A stretch of 64,000 nt of DNA, taken from positions 69,626,001 to 69,690,000 of the forward strand of contig OX597818.1 in the NCBI GenBank assembly GCA_951406725.2, given 5' to 3'. Within the stretch, counting starts at the first letter, position 1; each line of letters begins with the position of its first letter. The notes below the pieces were generated by a model that did no database searches, was not told where the DNA came from, and saw only the letters and a program-made list of their open reading frames with translations. Both the position numbers and the translations under genes were made by a program. This DNA comes from Octopus vulgaris. Its lineage: Eukaryota. Positions 14,321 to 27,103 of the stretch are shown here, one piece after another.

Positions 14321-14449
14321 TTCTTCACCAGAAACAGAAAGGAAACTCCAAAACACTGAAAGGTGGTGCTCCAGCAAGGTCCCAGCCTCTCGCTGAAACC
14401 AGTGAAAGATAAACAATGCATCCATATATATGTATATGTACATACATAT

Positions 14450-14649
14450 AGGTGCAGGCATGGCTGTGTAGTAAGAAGATCGTTTTCCAACCACATGGTC
14501 ACAGGTTCTGTACCACTATGTGGTACCACTTTGAACAAGTGTCTTCTGCTATAGCCACGGGCTGACCAAGGTGCTGTGAGTGGGTTTGGAACACAGAAAC
14601 CAAAAGAAGCATGTCATATATATATATACTTATAGTAATAGCCCTTACT

Positions 14650-14724
<75 letters not shown>

Positions 14725-14728
14725 ATAT

Positions 14729-14778
<50 letters not shown>

Positions 14779-15000
14779 ATGTGTGTGTCTTTGTGTCTAT
14801 GTTTGTCCACCTGTCAACACTTGATAACCGGTGTTTGTGTGTTTACATCTGCATAATTTAGCAGTTTGGGAAAACAATCTGATAAAATAAGTACTAGGCT
14901 AAAAAAGTAATTTCTGGAGTCAATCTGTTTGACTAAAACCCTTCAGGGTGCTGCTCCTGCATGGCCACAATCAAATGACTGAAATAAGTGGAACAATAAA
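14450..15000 (+). mobile_element. SINE family A with expanded internal (TAA)n/(TA)n
   Basis: GGTGCAGGCATGGCTGTGTAGTAAG head; tail CAAATGACTGAAATAAG. Confidence 0.8.
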
Positions 15001-15019
15001 ATAATAAAAGATTGGATCA

Positions 15020-15415
15020 TAGGGTGATCTGCTTTGCTTGAGGAGACCTATTGAGTCAAGTACATCAACAACAAAAAATAAAATGGAGATTGTAGTTGTG
15101 ATACCTGTGCCGGTAAAAAGCACCATCCGAATGTGGCCGGTGCCAGTGCCACCTTGACTGGCTTCCATGCCAGTGGCACGTAAAAAGCACCAACCGATCG
15201 TGGCCGTTGGCAGCCTGCTCTGGGCCCTGTGCCGGTGGCACATAAAAAGCACCCACTACACTCATGGAGTGGTTGGCATTAGGAAGGGCATCCAGCTGTA
15301 GAAACACTGCCTGATCAGACTGGAGCCTGGTGCAGCCTCCTGGCTTCCCAGATCCCGGTCAAACCGTCCAACTCATGCTAGCATGGAAAACGGACTTTAA
15401 ACAATGATGATGATA
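15020..15415 (+). mobile_element. SINE family C with internal subrepeats
   Basis: GTGGTTGGCATTAGGAAGGGCATCCAGCTGTAGAAAC...CATGCTAGCATGGAAAACGGAC followed by (GAT)n tail. Confidence 0.85.
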
Positions 15416-16084
15416 ATGATTTATATATATATGTTACAAATATATATGTTGTTATATAAAAAATTATGTTCATATTTATGTGTGTATAAGCAAAAGTACA
15501 CGCACTAACACATGCACACACACACACTATGCAATAATGCACTGTCCACCATTGCTCTGTCTTGTAGGGATTCCCTATAATGGTCTTCTATTTCCTTATA
15601 AAGAATATTTTCAATAGAATGGCATGACATTAATGCAATAATTTCATGCTAACTTCTTAGAAGCTATGATTTATTTTCAGTCCTATTCGCACATCCAAAT
15701 TTTTCACAAGAATTTTCAGTCATTATGCATGCAAAATGGTCTGCAAGTGCAAGGAATAAAAGTTCATGTAAGATGTCAAGGAGAAGCCATGCTGGATGCT
15801 AAACTGATGCTGTTTAGGAGATTGGAAGCTAGCGAGGATTAAGTCTTTAAACTTGGCCATTACAATGATCATGGAGAAAAATCTGCTCAGAATTAGATTG
15901 CAGGTCATGCTGCAACACCAGTAGCACCAAAAAGAATTCTTACAACTGAATTCTCTGGTAACGGTGCCTCCAAGATTTCAAAAATGGTAGACAGATCTAA
16001 TGAGAATGTTTCTGACTAAGAATACACCAGCAAGGTAAAAAAAAGTGGTCTGGATATGAAATCTGACTACCATCACCATCATCA

Positions 16085-16492
16085 TCATCATCATCATTGT
16101 TTAACGTCCGTTTTCCATGCTGGCATGGGTTGGACGATTTGACTGAGAATGGGGGAACTCGATGGCTGCACCAGGCTCCAGTCTGATGCGGCAGAGTTTC
16201 TACAGCTGGATGCCCTTCCTAACGCCAACCACTCCGAGTGTGTAGTGGGTGCTTTTACATGCCACCAGTATGAGGGCCAGTCAGGCGGTACTGGCAACAG
16301 CCACACTCAAATGATGCTTTTTATGTGCCACCCGTACAGGAGCCAGTTCAGCAGCACTGGCAATGACCTTGACCTTGAATGTTTTTTGACATGCCACCAG
16401 CTCAAGTGCCAGGTAGGTGACGCTGGTACGATAACGCTTGAATGGTTTTTCACATGCCGCCAGCACGGAAGCCAGTCAGCTGCTCTGGCAAC
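16085..16492 (-). mobile_element. SINE family C
   Basis: Reverse complement of 15020-15415; (CAT)n tail at the left; about four internal ~60-bp subrepeats. Confidence 0.85.
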
Positions 16493-17439
16493 ATTCGTGG
16501 TGAGAAAAGGCTCACAAAAAATGCAGACACCACATGCATTTTTGGAAAAAATTCAGATATCAAGAAAGAATCTTAGATTAGTCCATCATCACAGACAATA
16601 TTTCTTCTGTTCTATTTCTAACTGTTGTATTTCAACTGAATTAGTTGTAAGTAATCCTGTGGAAACCATGATTAAAACTGATTAATTTGATGTAATTCAT
16701 AATTTTATAATAAGATTAGATGTTAATTCAATTTGCATGGTAGTTTTATCAACTCATTATATCACAATGTGTGAGAGGACAATGTTGACAGTCATGTCAA
16801 GTTTTCTAAGTGCTTGAAGAGGGCAACTACAATTCTCAACATTTTTTCAATTGTTTCGTGACGTCTATCAGCATCGTTTTTGTTCTAAAACTGCTAAAAG
16901 TAACCTACCTCATTCTTAAATATATATAATGTTATAGTTTTTTATAATGACCCCCCCCCCCACCCATTTACTGTTTCTGCATTTAGCTCTACATATTTTA
17001 GTAACATAAACATGAGTATTAACCAAGGTTTTCATATAGCTCTGTGTGTGTGTGTGTGTGTGTGAGGGGTGTATGGAATGTGTTACACTATGAACATGTA
17101 GAAACTTTAAAATGTGAACTAAATCTTATTTTCTTGCTGGTAAGAATAAGGCTTCTAAAGGCATAGGAGAGAACCTGAAGACTACTTCAATAATGGTTAG
17201 CAGATCTGCCATGGTTGCAGAAATTTAAACATTGCAGGTCCCTGTTGCCCTTTTCCCCTTTCTCCAAGAGTTTAACCCAATAAATTGATTGTTATTTCCG
17301 GAGCTTTCTTTCATAGTTTACCTCACATCTAGCATAAAGCTGTCTTCCCCTCTATTGCTGCCCTGCTCAGTTGAAGAGAATCTTAGCCTTGCAAACAACA
17401 TGGAAACCTCACTTCAGCTGGTTCAAAACCAAGGAGCAC

Positions 17440-17600
17440 ATATGAACTATAAATGATTGGCATTAGGAAGGACATCCAGCCATAGGGACCCTCACAGACC
17501 AGGCATTGAAGCACAAAGTTGTCATCAGAATCATTGGACCCTATCAAACCATTCCCTCCATGCCAGCATGGAAGTTGGGCATTAAAAGAGGGTGATGGTA
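17440..17600 (+). mobile_element. SINE family C 3' fragment (diverged)
   Basis: TTGGCATTAGGAAGGACATCCAGCC...CCATGCCAGCATGGAAG. Confidence 0.7.
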
Positions 17601-17604
17601 TCAT

Positions 17605-17925
17605 CATCATCATCATCATCGTTTAACATCCACTTTCCATGCTAGCATGGTTTGGAAGATTTGATTGAGGGCTGGTGAACCAGATGGCTGCACCAGGCTC
17701 CAATCTCGATCTGGCAGAGTTTCTACAGCTGGATGTCCTTCCTAATGCCAACCACTCCGAGAGTGTAGTGGGTGCTTTTACATGCCACCAGCACGGGGGC
17801 CAGTCAGGCAGCACTGGCAATGACCTCGCTCAAAGGTTTTTACATGTGCCACTGGCACAAGTGCCAGTAAGGTGACACTGGTAACGATCACACTCGAATG
17901 GTGCCTTTTACATGCCAGGTGTGGT
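17605..17925 (-). mobile_element. SINE family C
   Basis: Close similarity to 16085-16492. Confidence 0.85.
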
Positions 17926-19752
17926 ACCATGTTTGACTCATAACGAAATAAAACATGTTCCTTATTCCTCAACATCTCTCAAAATGAAAAACTTCTCAAT
18001 GCTACAGCAATATTTATGACCAATATTATTTTATCAATCATTTTATACATGTTTTATTACCTGCATCAACACCACCAACACCCCACTAGCATCACTGCTG
18101 CCACCACCAGCAGCAGCAGCCTTATTATAATCATAATTGGAATTATCATTATTATCATAATTATTAGTTTTGTTGCTGATTGGGCTATTATTTTGTTGTT
18201 ATTGTTGCTTTTCTTATTTTCTGCAATCAATCGCCATGTTAACCACTTCAACACTTTTGATGGTATTAATTTTCCATAATTATTTTACAGGTTCCACTTC
18301 AGAACATCTCTCTTTAAATAAAAGGAAATATAAAAAAAAACATATACATTAAAAAAATTTATATTAATCTTCATCATTTTTGTTTTAAGTCGATCTGAGT
18401 TTTTCATTGCAGTTAATTTAATTTGCAAAATAAGACAAGATAAGACAAAAAAGATTTAGAAATTAATAACAAAATAGAGATACATAGTACTCAGCAGAAA
18501 GAAAGATAATGTTAAGTTTTAATCAAAATTGTTCATTTTTATCTTTCCAATGCAAAACGAAATGAAATTTACTGAAAATTCTCTGAATGTCTCAGTTTTC
18601 TTTGGAATTTTTATTTTTAGCATTTTAGCTTATTTTTCAATTCAGAACTTCAATGTTGCCAAAATTTACATAGAAATGGAACTGTTAAGTCTGATTACAT
18701 GTTTTGTATGACTTTTGCTGTTTTTCATAATATTGAGAAAGTTTTCTGTCAGCATTATACAACAAGACTTCTCTCTATATATATATACTAGAAATATGTG
18801 GTTACATGTTCGTGAATAAAGGACAAGTTCATATTTCTGCTCAAATACACTGACTTGGTTACAATTATTTTTGAAAATAATGACAAATTTACTAAGATTA
18901 CAGCATCGTTATTAAGCCAGTATGTGGGACGTTAATTAAAATGAAAGTTTGAAGGAAAGTTCTAATTTTCACCAAAGAAAATTTGTGCCATTGAAGCAGG
19001 GGCACTTTTGGATGTGTTGGTTTGAAAAAAACCTTGAATATTTATATCAGCCCACCATTATGTGTATGTGTGTTTATGAATGTATCTGCATATATGTATG
19101 TATGTGTGTATGGGTGGCTAGATGTTTAGGAATAACTGACAACTTTATCACTTTAAATATCTTATACCAGCTTGATAATATTATGATATATATGTGTGTG
19201 TGTGTGTATGTAAATGCATATATATGTGTGTAAGTATTTATGTATGTATGTTGAAAATCTGTTAAACCACAGCATTTGTCATGAGACGGCTTCTCTTCTA
19301 AATGTATAACGTTAAAAACACAGAAATCTATCAGCAGCAGAATTTCAATGATGTTTACATTTTAGATATGATACACACAGTGCTATTTGGAACTAATATT
19401 GCTTCAGTCATTCATAAGGAATTTTATTTCAGCTTACCAGCTAATTGCAATATTAGTGATTTTTTCAATCATTGTTCATCTATACAAGTAGCTGGTGATC
19501 TTGTCTTAGCATGTAGTTGTTAGAGGTTAATTGCTACTGACGATGCTAAAGAAGACAGAAATATGTATTTAGCAACATCACTGCCATTGCTGGACGATTT
19601 TCGTCTGCTCCTGATATGTTTTTGTGTTTTAAACATTTTATGTCTATAAAAGCTCAACAGGCTTTCAGTGATGTATGTACTTTAAGTGTGAGATATACAA
19701 TGTTATGTGTGCCTGTGCTTGTGTGCATCTGTGTATGCATGTACATATTATA

Positions 19753-20055
19753 TCACCGTGACCGACCAGGCTATCAGATGTTGCTACACATCGCTGGTCA
19801 CAATGCGCTTCGCATTGTTTTAGCCTTCAAATGACACCACCCCACTGGCTAAGCGAGCAGGCCAACAGAAGAAAGAGTGAGATAAAGTTGTGGTGAAAGA
19901 GTACAGCAGGGAACGCCACCACCCCCTGCCAGAGCCTCGTGGAGCTTTTAGGTGTTTTCGCTCAATAAACACTCACAACGCCCGGTCTGGGAATCGAAAC
20001 CGCGATCCTACAACCGCGAGTCCGCTGCCCTAACCACTGGGCCATTGTGCCTCCA
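19753..20055 (-). mobile_element. Apparently full-length young tRNA-derived SINE with 15-bp target-site duplication
   Basis: Minus strand A-box TGGCCCAGTGG and B-box GTTTCGATTCC; CpG-rich; CATGTACATATTATA at 19738-19752 and 20056-20070. Confidence 0.9.
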
Positions 20056-20789
20056 CATGTACATATTATAAATGGATAAATTCATCTTCATACAATATGG
20101 TCACTGTTGTTACACAAAAAAACCTAATCAGAGAAGCTATGTTCTAATAATGTTTATTAAAAATATGGTAGTCATATGATACTAATGTGAATAAATTCAT
20201 TTATGGAATACAGCGCATTCAATACTGTGAACTGACATGGTAACCAGATATGAATGTGTGTGTGTGTGTGTGAATATGCATGTGCAAGTGTGTATGTGTG
20301 TGTGACTGTAGTACATTTCATGCATGCACAAACAACCATATATACATACATACATATAATTCTACCTAAAAATTATAAATGAGATATAAACATCTGTAGA
20401 ATAAATGGATGAATATTTCCATCCCCTTGGCTGTAACTGTTCAACAAACTGAAATTTTCCGTGCAGCTCTCCCCTCCACCAGTGGGTTCCCCATCCAGTC
20501 CTTGACTGTAGAATGCCCCGTCACATGTGTGCCATAATTCTATGAGTATCTCCCTCAGTTGTTTGAACAACTGAAAATACTGACCTTTTGTGCTGTAGGC
20601 GTGTGTATGTAGGTGTGTTTCATAATGCAGTTGTAGGTGCTTGTACATGTGGAAATGTGTACCTGTCGATGTGAATAATCTGGGTCAGATGAGGATAAGT
20701 GGAAGCTGTGTTCTGAAGGTGTTGTTGATGCTTAGTAAGAATTGTAATTTACTTAAAACATTGCAATATATAAATAATATAAATAATAT

Positions 20790-21200
20790 AGGCGCAGGAG
20801 TGGCTGTGTGGGAAGTAGCTTGTTTACCAACCACATGGTTCCGGGTTCAGTCCCACTGTGTGACACCTTGGGCTAGTGTCTTCTACTATAGCCTCGGGCC
20901 AACCAAAGCCTTGTGAGTGGATTTGGTAGACAGAAACTGAAAGAAGCCCGTGGTATATATGTATAAATATATATATATATATATGCGTGTGTGTGTTTGT
21001 CTGTCTGTGTTTGTCCCCTTAGCATTGCTTGACAACCGATGCTGGTGTGTTTATGTCCCCGTTACTTAGCGGTTCGGCAAAAGAGACCGATAGAATAAGT
21101 ATTGGGCCTACAAAAGAATAAGTCCTGGGGTCGAGTTGCTCAATTAAAGGTGGTGCTCCAGCATGGCAGCAGTCAAATGACTGAAACAAGTAAAAGAAAA
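20790..21200 (+). mobile_element. SINE family A (CORE-like)
   Basis: GGCGCAGGAGTGGCTGTGTGG...GGGTTCAGTCCC...GACACCTTGGGCTAGTG; tail CAAATGACTGAAACAAGTAAAAGA. Confidence 0.9.
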
Positions 21201-21669
21201 GAATAAGAAAGAATTTAGTGTACAAATGTTCAGTAACAATAGCTGAGTCTACTTGCTTTTCTAGAGGTGTTTGCACAACTGACTTCAAGTCAAGATTATA
21301 TGCACACATCTCTTTGTTTAAATTTAGAAAAAAGAAAACTTCACTTCTTTAAGTAAATTCCTCTGGAGCCTAAAAGAGAGAAATGTTAGGTATGACATTA
21401 AAGGTTCTATAATAAGTAGAGTACCACCATATAATGGTGGTGAATTGAAATGTATCTTCTACCTGGAGGAGACACAGCATATCCGTATGTCCAAATTCCA
21501 CATTCTAAATTTTAAAAATGAATTAATAATATAATACTGTGTATTCAGTACTGTGTGTGGATTAACATGGTACCCAGATATGAATATATATATATATATA
21601 TGAATGCGTGTTTGCATGTGTATGTGCCTCTAGTATATTATTATTATTATTATTATGATGATGATGATG

Positions 21670-22111
21670 TTATGTCCTTCTTTCTTCAAATTTTCTTCCG
21701 TTTCTCGCCGAGTGTTTTCCATACACCTAGGGCAGAGAAGGGCATTGCATGCATTCTCAGATTACACGCACAAATTCACAGATAAAATATGTATTTAAAA
21801 ATTAATAAATAAATAAATTCATGGATGGATGTTATTTTCACAGTGATAGTGCTCTTCTCAGTACATGAGCCGTTCCAGTTAGTACGATTTTTGGCACTTC
21901 CTGTAGGGATGGTAAGCCTGGAATCATTTTCAAATAGGTTGCAGTACCTTTTTTTATCATTTCTAGAGATCCTACAATCACTGGTACTGTAGTTTATTAG
22001 CTTTTATCGTCCTGTCGGTCTGCAAGGGGAAGTCCCATAGAATCGACACATTTTCTCCCTAAGTCACAGCTTCAGGATGGTGTTTATACCATTTGTCAGT
22101 GGTTTTGATTT
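21670..22111 (-). mobile_element. RLE non-LTR retrotransposon (R4/Dong-like) 3' fragment with internal deletion
   Basis: KWYKHHPEAVT*GENVSILWDFPLQTDRTIKANK joined to TTVPVIVG...MIPGLPSLQEVPKIVLTGTAHVLRRALSL*; homologous to the 53380-54879 protein and its 3'UTR. Confidence 0.9.
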
Positions 22112-22185
22112 GAATATATGAATATATGAATATATGAATATATATATATATGAATACGTGTTTGCATGTGTATGTGCCTCTAGTA

Positions 22186-22227
<42 letters not shown>

Positions 22228-22228
<1 letters not shown>

Positions 22229-22367
22229 GAGTGAGAGAGCAGTGCATGCCATCAAAGTAACACTGGGGTAAAATATATGAAACCCAGTATACCCATCATG
22301 ACCACCCATCTGATAAGGGTACACCAAGCACAAGCATCACAACCATATGTGCATGACATAGTAATCT
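22228..22367 (-). mobile_element. Truncated copy of the (TAA)n-embedded non-coding element at 52513-53091
   Basis: TGAGTGAGAGAGCAGTGCATGCCATCAAAG... closely similar to 52513-52650; (TTA)n on both sides. Confidence 0.85.
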
Positions 22368-22414
22368 ATTATTATTATTATTATTGTTATTATTATTATC
22401 ATTATTATATGCAA

Positions 22415-22540
22415 GCAGCAAGTTGGAAGAATTGTTAGCATGTTGGGCAAACAGTTAGCAGCATTTTCTGTCTTCTTGTTCTGAGTTCAAATTCTACTGA
22501 AGTAAACTTTGTCTTCTATTCATTCAGGCTCAATAAAATA
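22415..22540 (+). mobile_element. SINE family B fragment
   Basis: TTGTTAGCATGTTGGGCAAA...TTCTGAGTTCAAATTC. Confidence 0.65.
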
Positions 22541-22961
22541 CACACCAACAACTTGTTCTGTGTTCTCAATTGCAAACAATGTGTTGAATTTTGAGAAGGA
22601 CATGTTGGTGTTAATTTCTCAATCAGTGTAGAGTATTAAAGAATTAAATATTAATTGATTTATAAATTGCAGAATTATGTGATATCAATGTATCCAGAAC
22701 ATTTGTAAGCTGATTAATCCTGTATAGTTCTCCATTCTTTTGTGTGTGTTTTTTTTCTCTTCTGTGACCTTATTCTGAATTTATGTAGTGTTTGAACTTT
22801 GGATCTCAAGCTGCAACAGAAGGCAAATTTGTGGACGACATCGATTGCAAGGACTTTCTCTGGTCAATTGGGTTAGCCATGTTTGACTGATACAGAGAGT
22901 TTGATTTTTAATCCTTTGTTCTTGTGTGTGTGAGTGCATGTCAATATGTACACACAGACAG

Positions 22962-23372
22962 ATACATGCATACATACACACACATGCATACATGCATACA
23001 TACACACACATGTATACATACATACATACATACATACATACATACATACACACATACATACACACACATGCATACATACACACACATGTATACATGCATA
23101 CATACATACATACATACATACACACATACATACACACACATGCATACATACACACACACATACATATATGCATACATACACACACATGCATACATGCATA
23201 CATACATGCATACATACATACATACATACATACATACATACATGCATACATACATGCATGCATGCATGCATACACACACATGTATACATGCATACATACA
23301 TACATACACACATACATACATACATACATGCATGCATGCATGCATCCATACATACATACATATACATGTACA
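22962..23372. repeat. (CATA)n/(CA)n/(CATG)n compound microsatellite
   Basis: Direct reading. Confidence 0.95.
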
Positions 23373-25215
23373 TAAATATGCACGTATGTATGTATGCTTG
23401 GTGGTGACCAACCCTGCATTACAGAATATTTCAAAAATATTCAATATGTACCAAGCAGGAGTCCAGTTGATTTCAAAAATCTTTTAACATGATTGATGTT
23501 TGCAAATGTCACATGAAACATTTGTTACGCAGAGTCTTTTATTCCATAAACTTTAAACATAGTTACATCAATCACTATTCTTCTTGTTTTGTTTTTTTTT
23601 CCTCTTTTAATACAAAATGAACCAGAACTTGTTTTATAAAACCTCACTAGATTATTTTTGCTCTTTCTTTATTCCATCCTCTTATTTATTTATTTATTCA
23701 TTTATTTTTAGTTTATTCCTTTGAACAAATTCCGTGTACTTTCTTGAAAATTTTTCTTCAATATTTGTTGTTTTTAGTTCTGACAAGACATAAAACTACA
23801 GTCGCTTTCCATCCTGCTTCCACTCTGTTAACTCGCTATAAAACACATTTCTTGAATAGCATATATTAGTCTGTCCGAAGTTAACTTTGTCACAACAAAC
23901 AGCAGATAATTTTTTAGCTAAATACACTAAAGATTACCGTCTTGCACCAAAGAGGTTTATACGAACAGTGTTACTAACCACCAGGGCAGCCTCCATGCCA
24001 ACAGCCCTACTGACTGGTTTCTTATCTCTTGTCTGAATAGTTTTATTGTTTTACATCTTATAAACTCTTGAAGAGAAGGGTGTTCTGTGTGATAGCGATC
24101 AGCATGTCAAAATCAAAGTTAAAAATGGTGGTGCTTTGGATATGGATCACTGCACTACATCTATGCTAACGTATCTGTGATATAGAAGAGAATATTAGGT
24201 GGTGGTGGTGGTGGTGATGGTACTGGTAACAGGGCTTGTGATGACGATGATGATGATGTTTAACCCCAGGTCATGTTTGGTTGAGCAGTCCCATAATCAG
24301 AAATATTCCAGCCTTGACAAATCCATCTATTTCCTATGAGCCCAGGACCCTAGAACCTCATTATCCTGGATGTTCTTCTTAATATGGCCAGGTATGATCT
24401 AAGGGCTACCTGGTTGCTTATTACCAACAAAGGAAACAACCATGTTTGTTTGTGACAGAAAAGTGTCGTATGTGACATGAATATACCAGAATCCAGCATT
24501 GGGTGTAAAGATGATGAGACCCTAATCTGTAAAATCTCAGAAGTCCTTTGTTTAAAACTTACAGCTGAAGGACTTACAAAAATTACAAACATGTATGGCT
24601 TCTATTTATTTTAAAGTCCCAGAGGTTTGTCAGAACCCTTTACTGTTATTGGTTTGCCTTATGGTTAGATCAGGCATTGTGAGGCCCACCAGTAGAAGTT
24701 CCATCATTGCAAGTCAGGATTTAAATGAGTTTTTACCATATTTCTGTAGAAATACACCACCCTTCTGAAATTATTTTTCAAAACTCTAAAGAATTTATTA
24801 AAATAACTTCATCAATAACAAACTGGTGGTTAGAACATAAATTATCCATTGCAAATTTCATAATTAATTGTGGTTCCCTGATCAGGTGATTATCTCCAGG
24901 GCTGGACTTATATGAGGACAAAGGGGCAATAAACCTGGTCCCATATCGATATTGAGACCCCCTGCTATGAAGGGTATGGAGCACTTATACAGGAAGACCC
25001 AACTCTCAGCAATCTTATGTGAAGAAGCTTTCTTTCAATATACAAACATATCTTGACTTTTTAAAAAATTGTAATGGATTCTCTTGTTTTATAAATGACC
25101 ATATATTTCTCCGTTTGCTGCCCAGTTTTGGGGATGACAAGTGAGAAAAGGAAAACAACAAAACACTCCTGAAAAATTATTATTGATGTATGTTTGTATG
25201 TAACTATACATGTGT

Positions 25216-25257
<42 letters not shown>

Positions 25258-26019
25258 GTATAAGTGTATACAAAGACAGAATGAAAGAAATAGGTTGACA
25301 GAAAGAAGTTATTGTCTCTAGTTTGAATTCCTTCTTTCAACGCATAGATTGACCACTTGCAATTAGAGGCACATTTGCACACATACACACATACACACAC
25401 ATACACACACAAATGCACATATATTGCCACTTTTAAACTTCGTCATTTCAGTGAAGCATCGAAAACTTTGGTCTTCTTTCAAGAAAGAACAAATATGTAA
25501 AAAATATGCACCAAAGTTTTAATTTGAATTTAGTTTTTATGATATTACATCTCACAACCACTAAAAGCATGTTTTCTGTTTTCAGAATTATGCATATATG
25601 GTCAAATGTTTTTCATTAAATCAAACCATTTTCTCTTTCTTTTTTTTATCTGATACTTAAGCAGCATGGCTGATTGACAGGTGGGCCAAGGTAGCGATCT
25701 CATTCAATGTGCGCCCTCTGCTTGGTTTGAAGGCTTGTACCACCAAACAGCTGGTCAGCTCTGGCTGCTGGAACTGAAACTGACACCACACTTTTAAAGG
25801 CCGGTTTAGAGAGAGCATGGGCTAAAACTACGTGCCCTTCCCCTCCATTGGTCAGTTGAAGCTTAAACAGTGTCATGTGACCGTTAGCTGGTGCTGGCTG
25901 CTGGAGCCTACTAGAGGATATTTGAAAGGAAACTTGGCAGGGTGGTCATTCATCTGCTGACATTTGTTGACATTGCATCGAAGAAACCAAAGAACACAAG
26001 AAAAAAGAAGAAGAAACGC

Positions 26020-27080
26020 ACTCAATACCAGAGCAAGACCTACTACAATATGCTGCTAATGCAGAAGGATTTACCAAAAATGGACTTGAGGGTGCACATG
26101 AATTCCAAATACAAACAGTCAAGAGAGAAGAAACTCTACTCCACATGAAATTACATGGTTAGTTCCACCATGAAACTAACAACTTAAAAGACCAGGAAGC
26201 ATCATGGAGGTGGCTCAGTGAGGGTGACCTATGAAAGAATACTGAAAGCCTAATCATCACTGCCCAGGGTCAGGCATTGAGTGCCAACTCAGTGAAAAGG
26301 GATATATACCACACAAGTGCAACGGACCCCTGCAGAATGAGTGGGAAGAGGGTCGAAAGTGTGACTCACATTGCTAGTTCTTGTGAAAGTCTTGTGCAGA
26401 AAGAGTATAAGCACAGACATGACAAGGTAGTCCAAAACATCCACTTGTCACCTGAGGAGGAGCCAGGCTGTGTTTCTCCGACAAGAAGGTGAGCCTGAAG
26501 TTGTGTTGCTCCACAGCATCTCAGGTGTGGACCTGTGTTGTTCGTGCCCACTACACCCCAGGGACTTGTACGGATATGAGGTAATGGGTGCTTGACACCA
26601 ACATACACAAGAAAGGGTAATGGAGGAAAAGGGGTAAGTAAAAATCCTCTGGGACTTTGACTTCCAGACAGACAAGGTGTTAGAGTATCGAAGGCCAGAT
26701 ATAGTAACCTTTAGGTGGGACAGGCAAGAGTGCCTAATAATCAACGTGGCAATGTCAGGAAATCAACATATCATCATGAAAGAAAGAGAAAAGACTAATA
26801 AATACGGAGACCTGAGAATTGAGATTGGAGCTATGAGAGTCAAACATAAAGGTTCTCCCCTGTTGTCATTGGAACATTCAGTTCAATTCCACACAACCCG
26901 AAGAAGCATCTGGAAACTTTAGAAATATCCTACAATCTAAGCATATTGCAAAAGTCAGCATATTTTGTCAAGTACTGTCTGTGGTCGTTTTGTTGTGACT
27001 TGACAGACAGTACAAACCTCTGGAACACACAATATCTTCAATCAACAACCTCATGATATTGTGTACTGTGCGATGTCTAT
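26020..27080 (+). mobile_element. RLE non-LTR retrotransposon 3' fragment, pseudogenised
   Basis: SWRWLSEGDL*KNTESLIITAQGQAL, degenerate knuckle CRMSGKRVESVTHIASSC, YKHRHDKV, ILWDFDFQTDK, RRPDIV, KYGDLRIEI; ends in (TAA)n at ~27080-27103. Confidence 0.9.
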
Positions 27081-27103
27081 GATAATGATAATAATAATAA
27101 TAA

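Noticed and set aside
16255-16492. CRISPR-like repeat array
   Set aside because: Degenerate tandem subrepeats inside a eukaryotic SINE; no unique spacers or cas genes
20373-20648. 91-aa ORF with HTC..AF zinc-finger-like look
   Set aside because: No C2H2 spacing, recognisable domain or convincing splice sites
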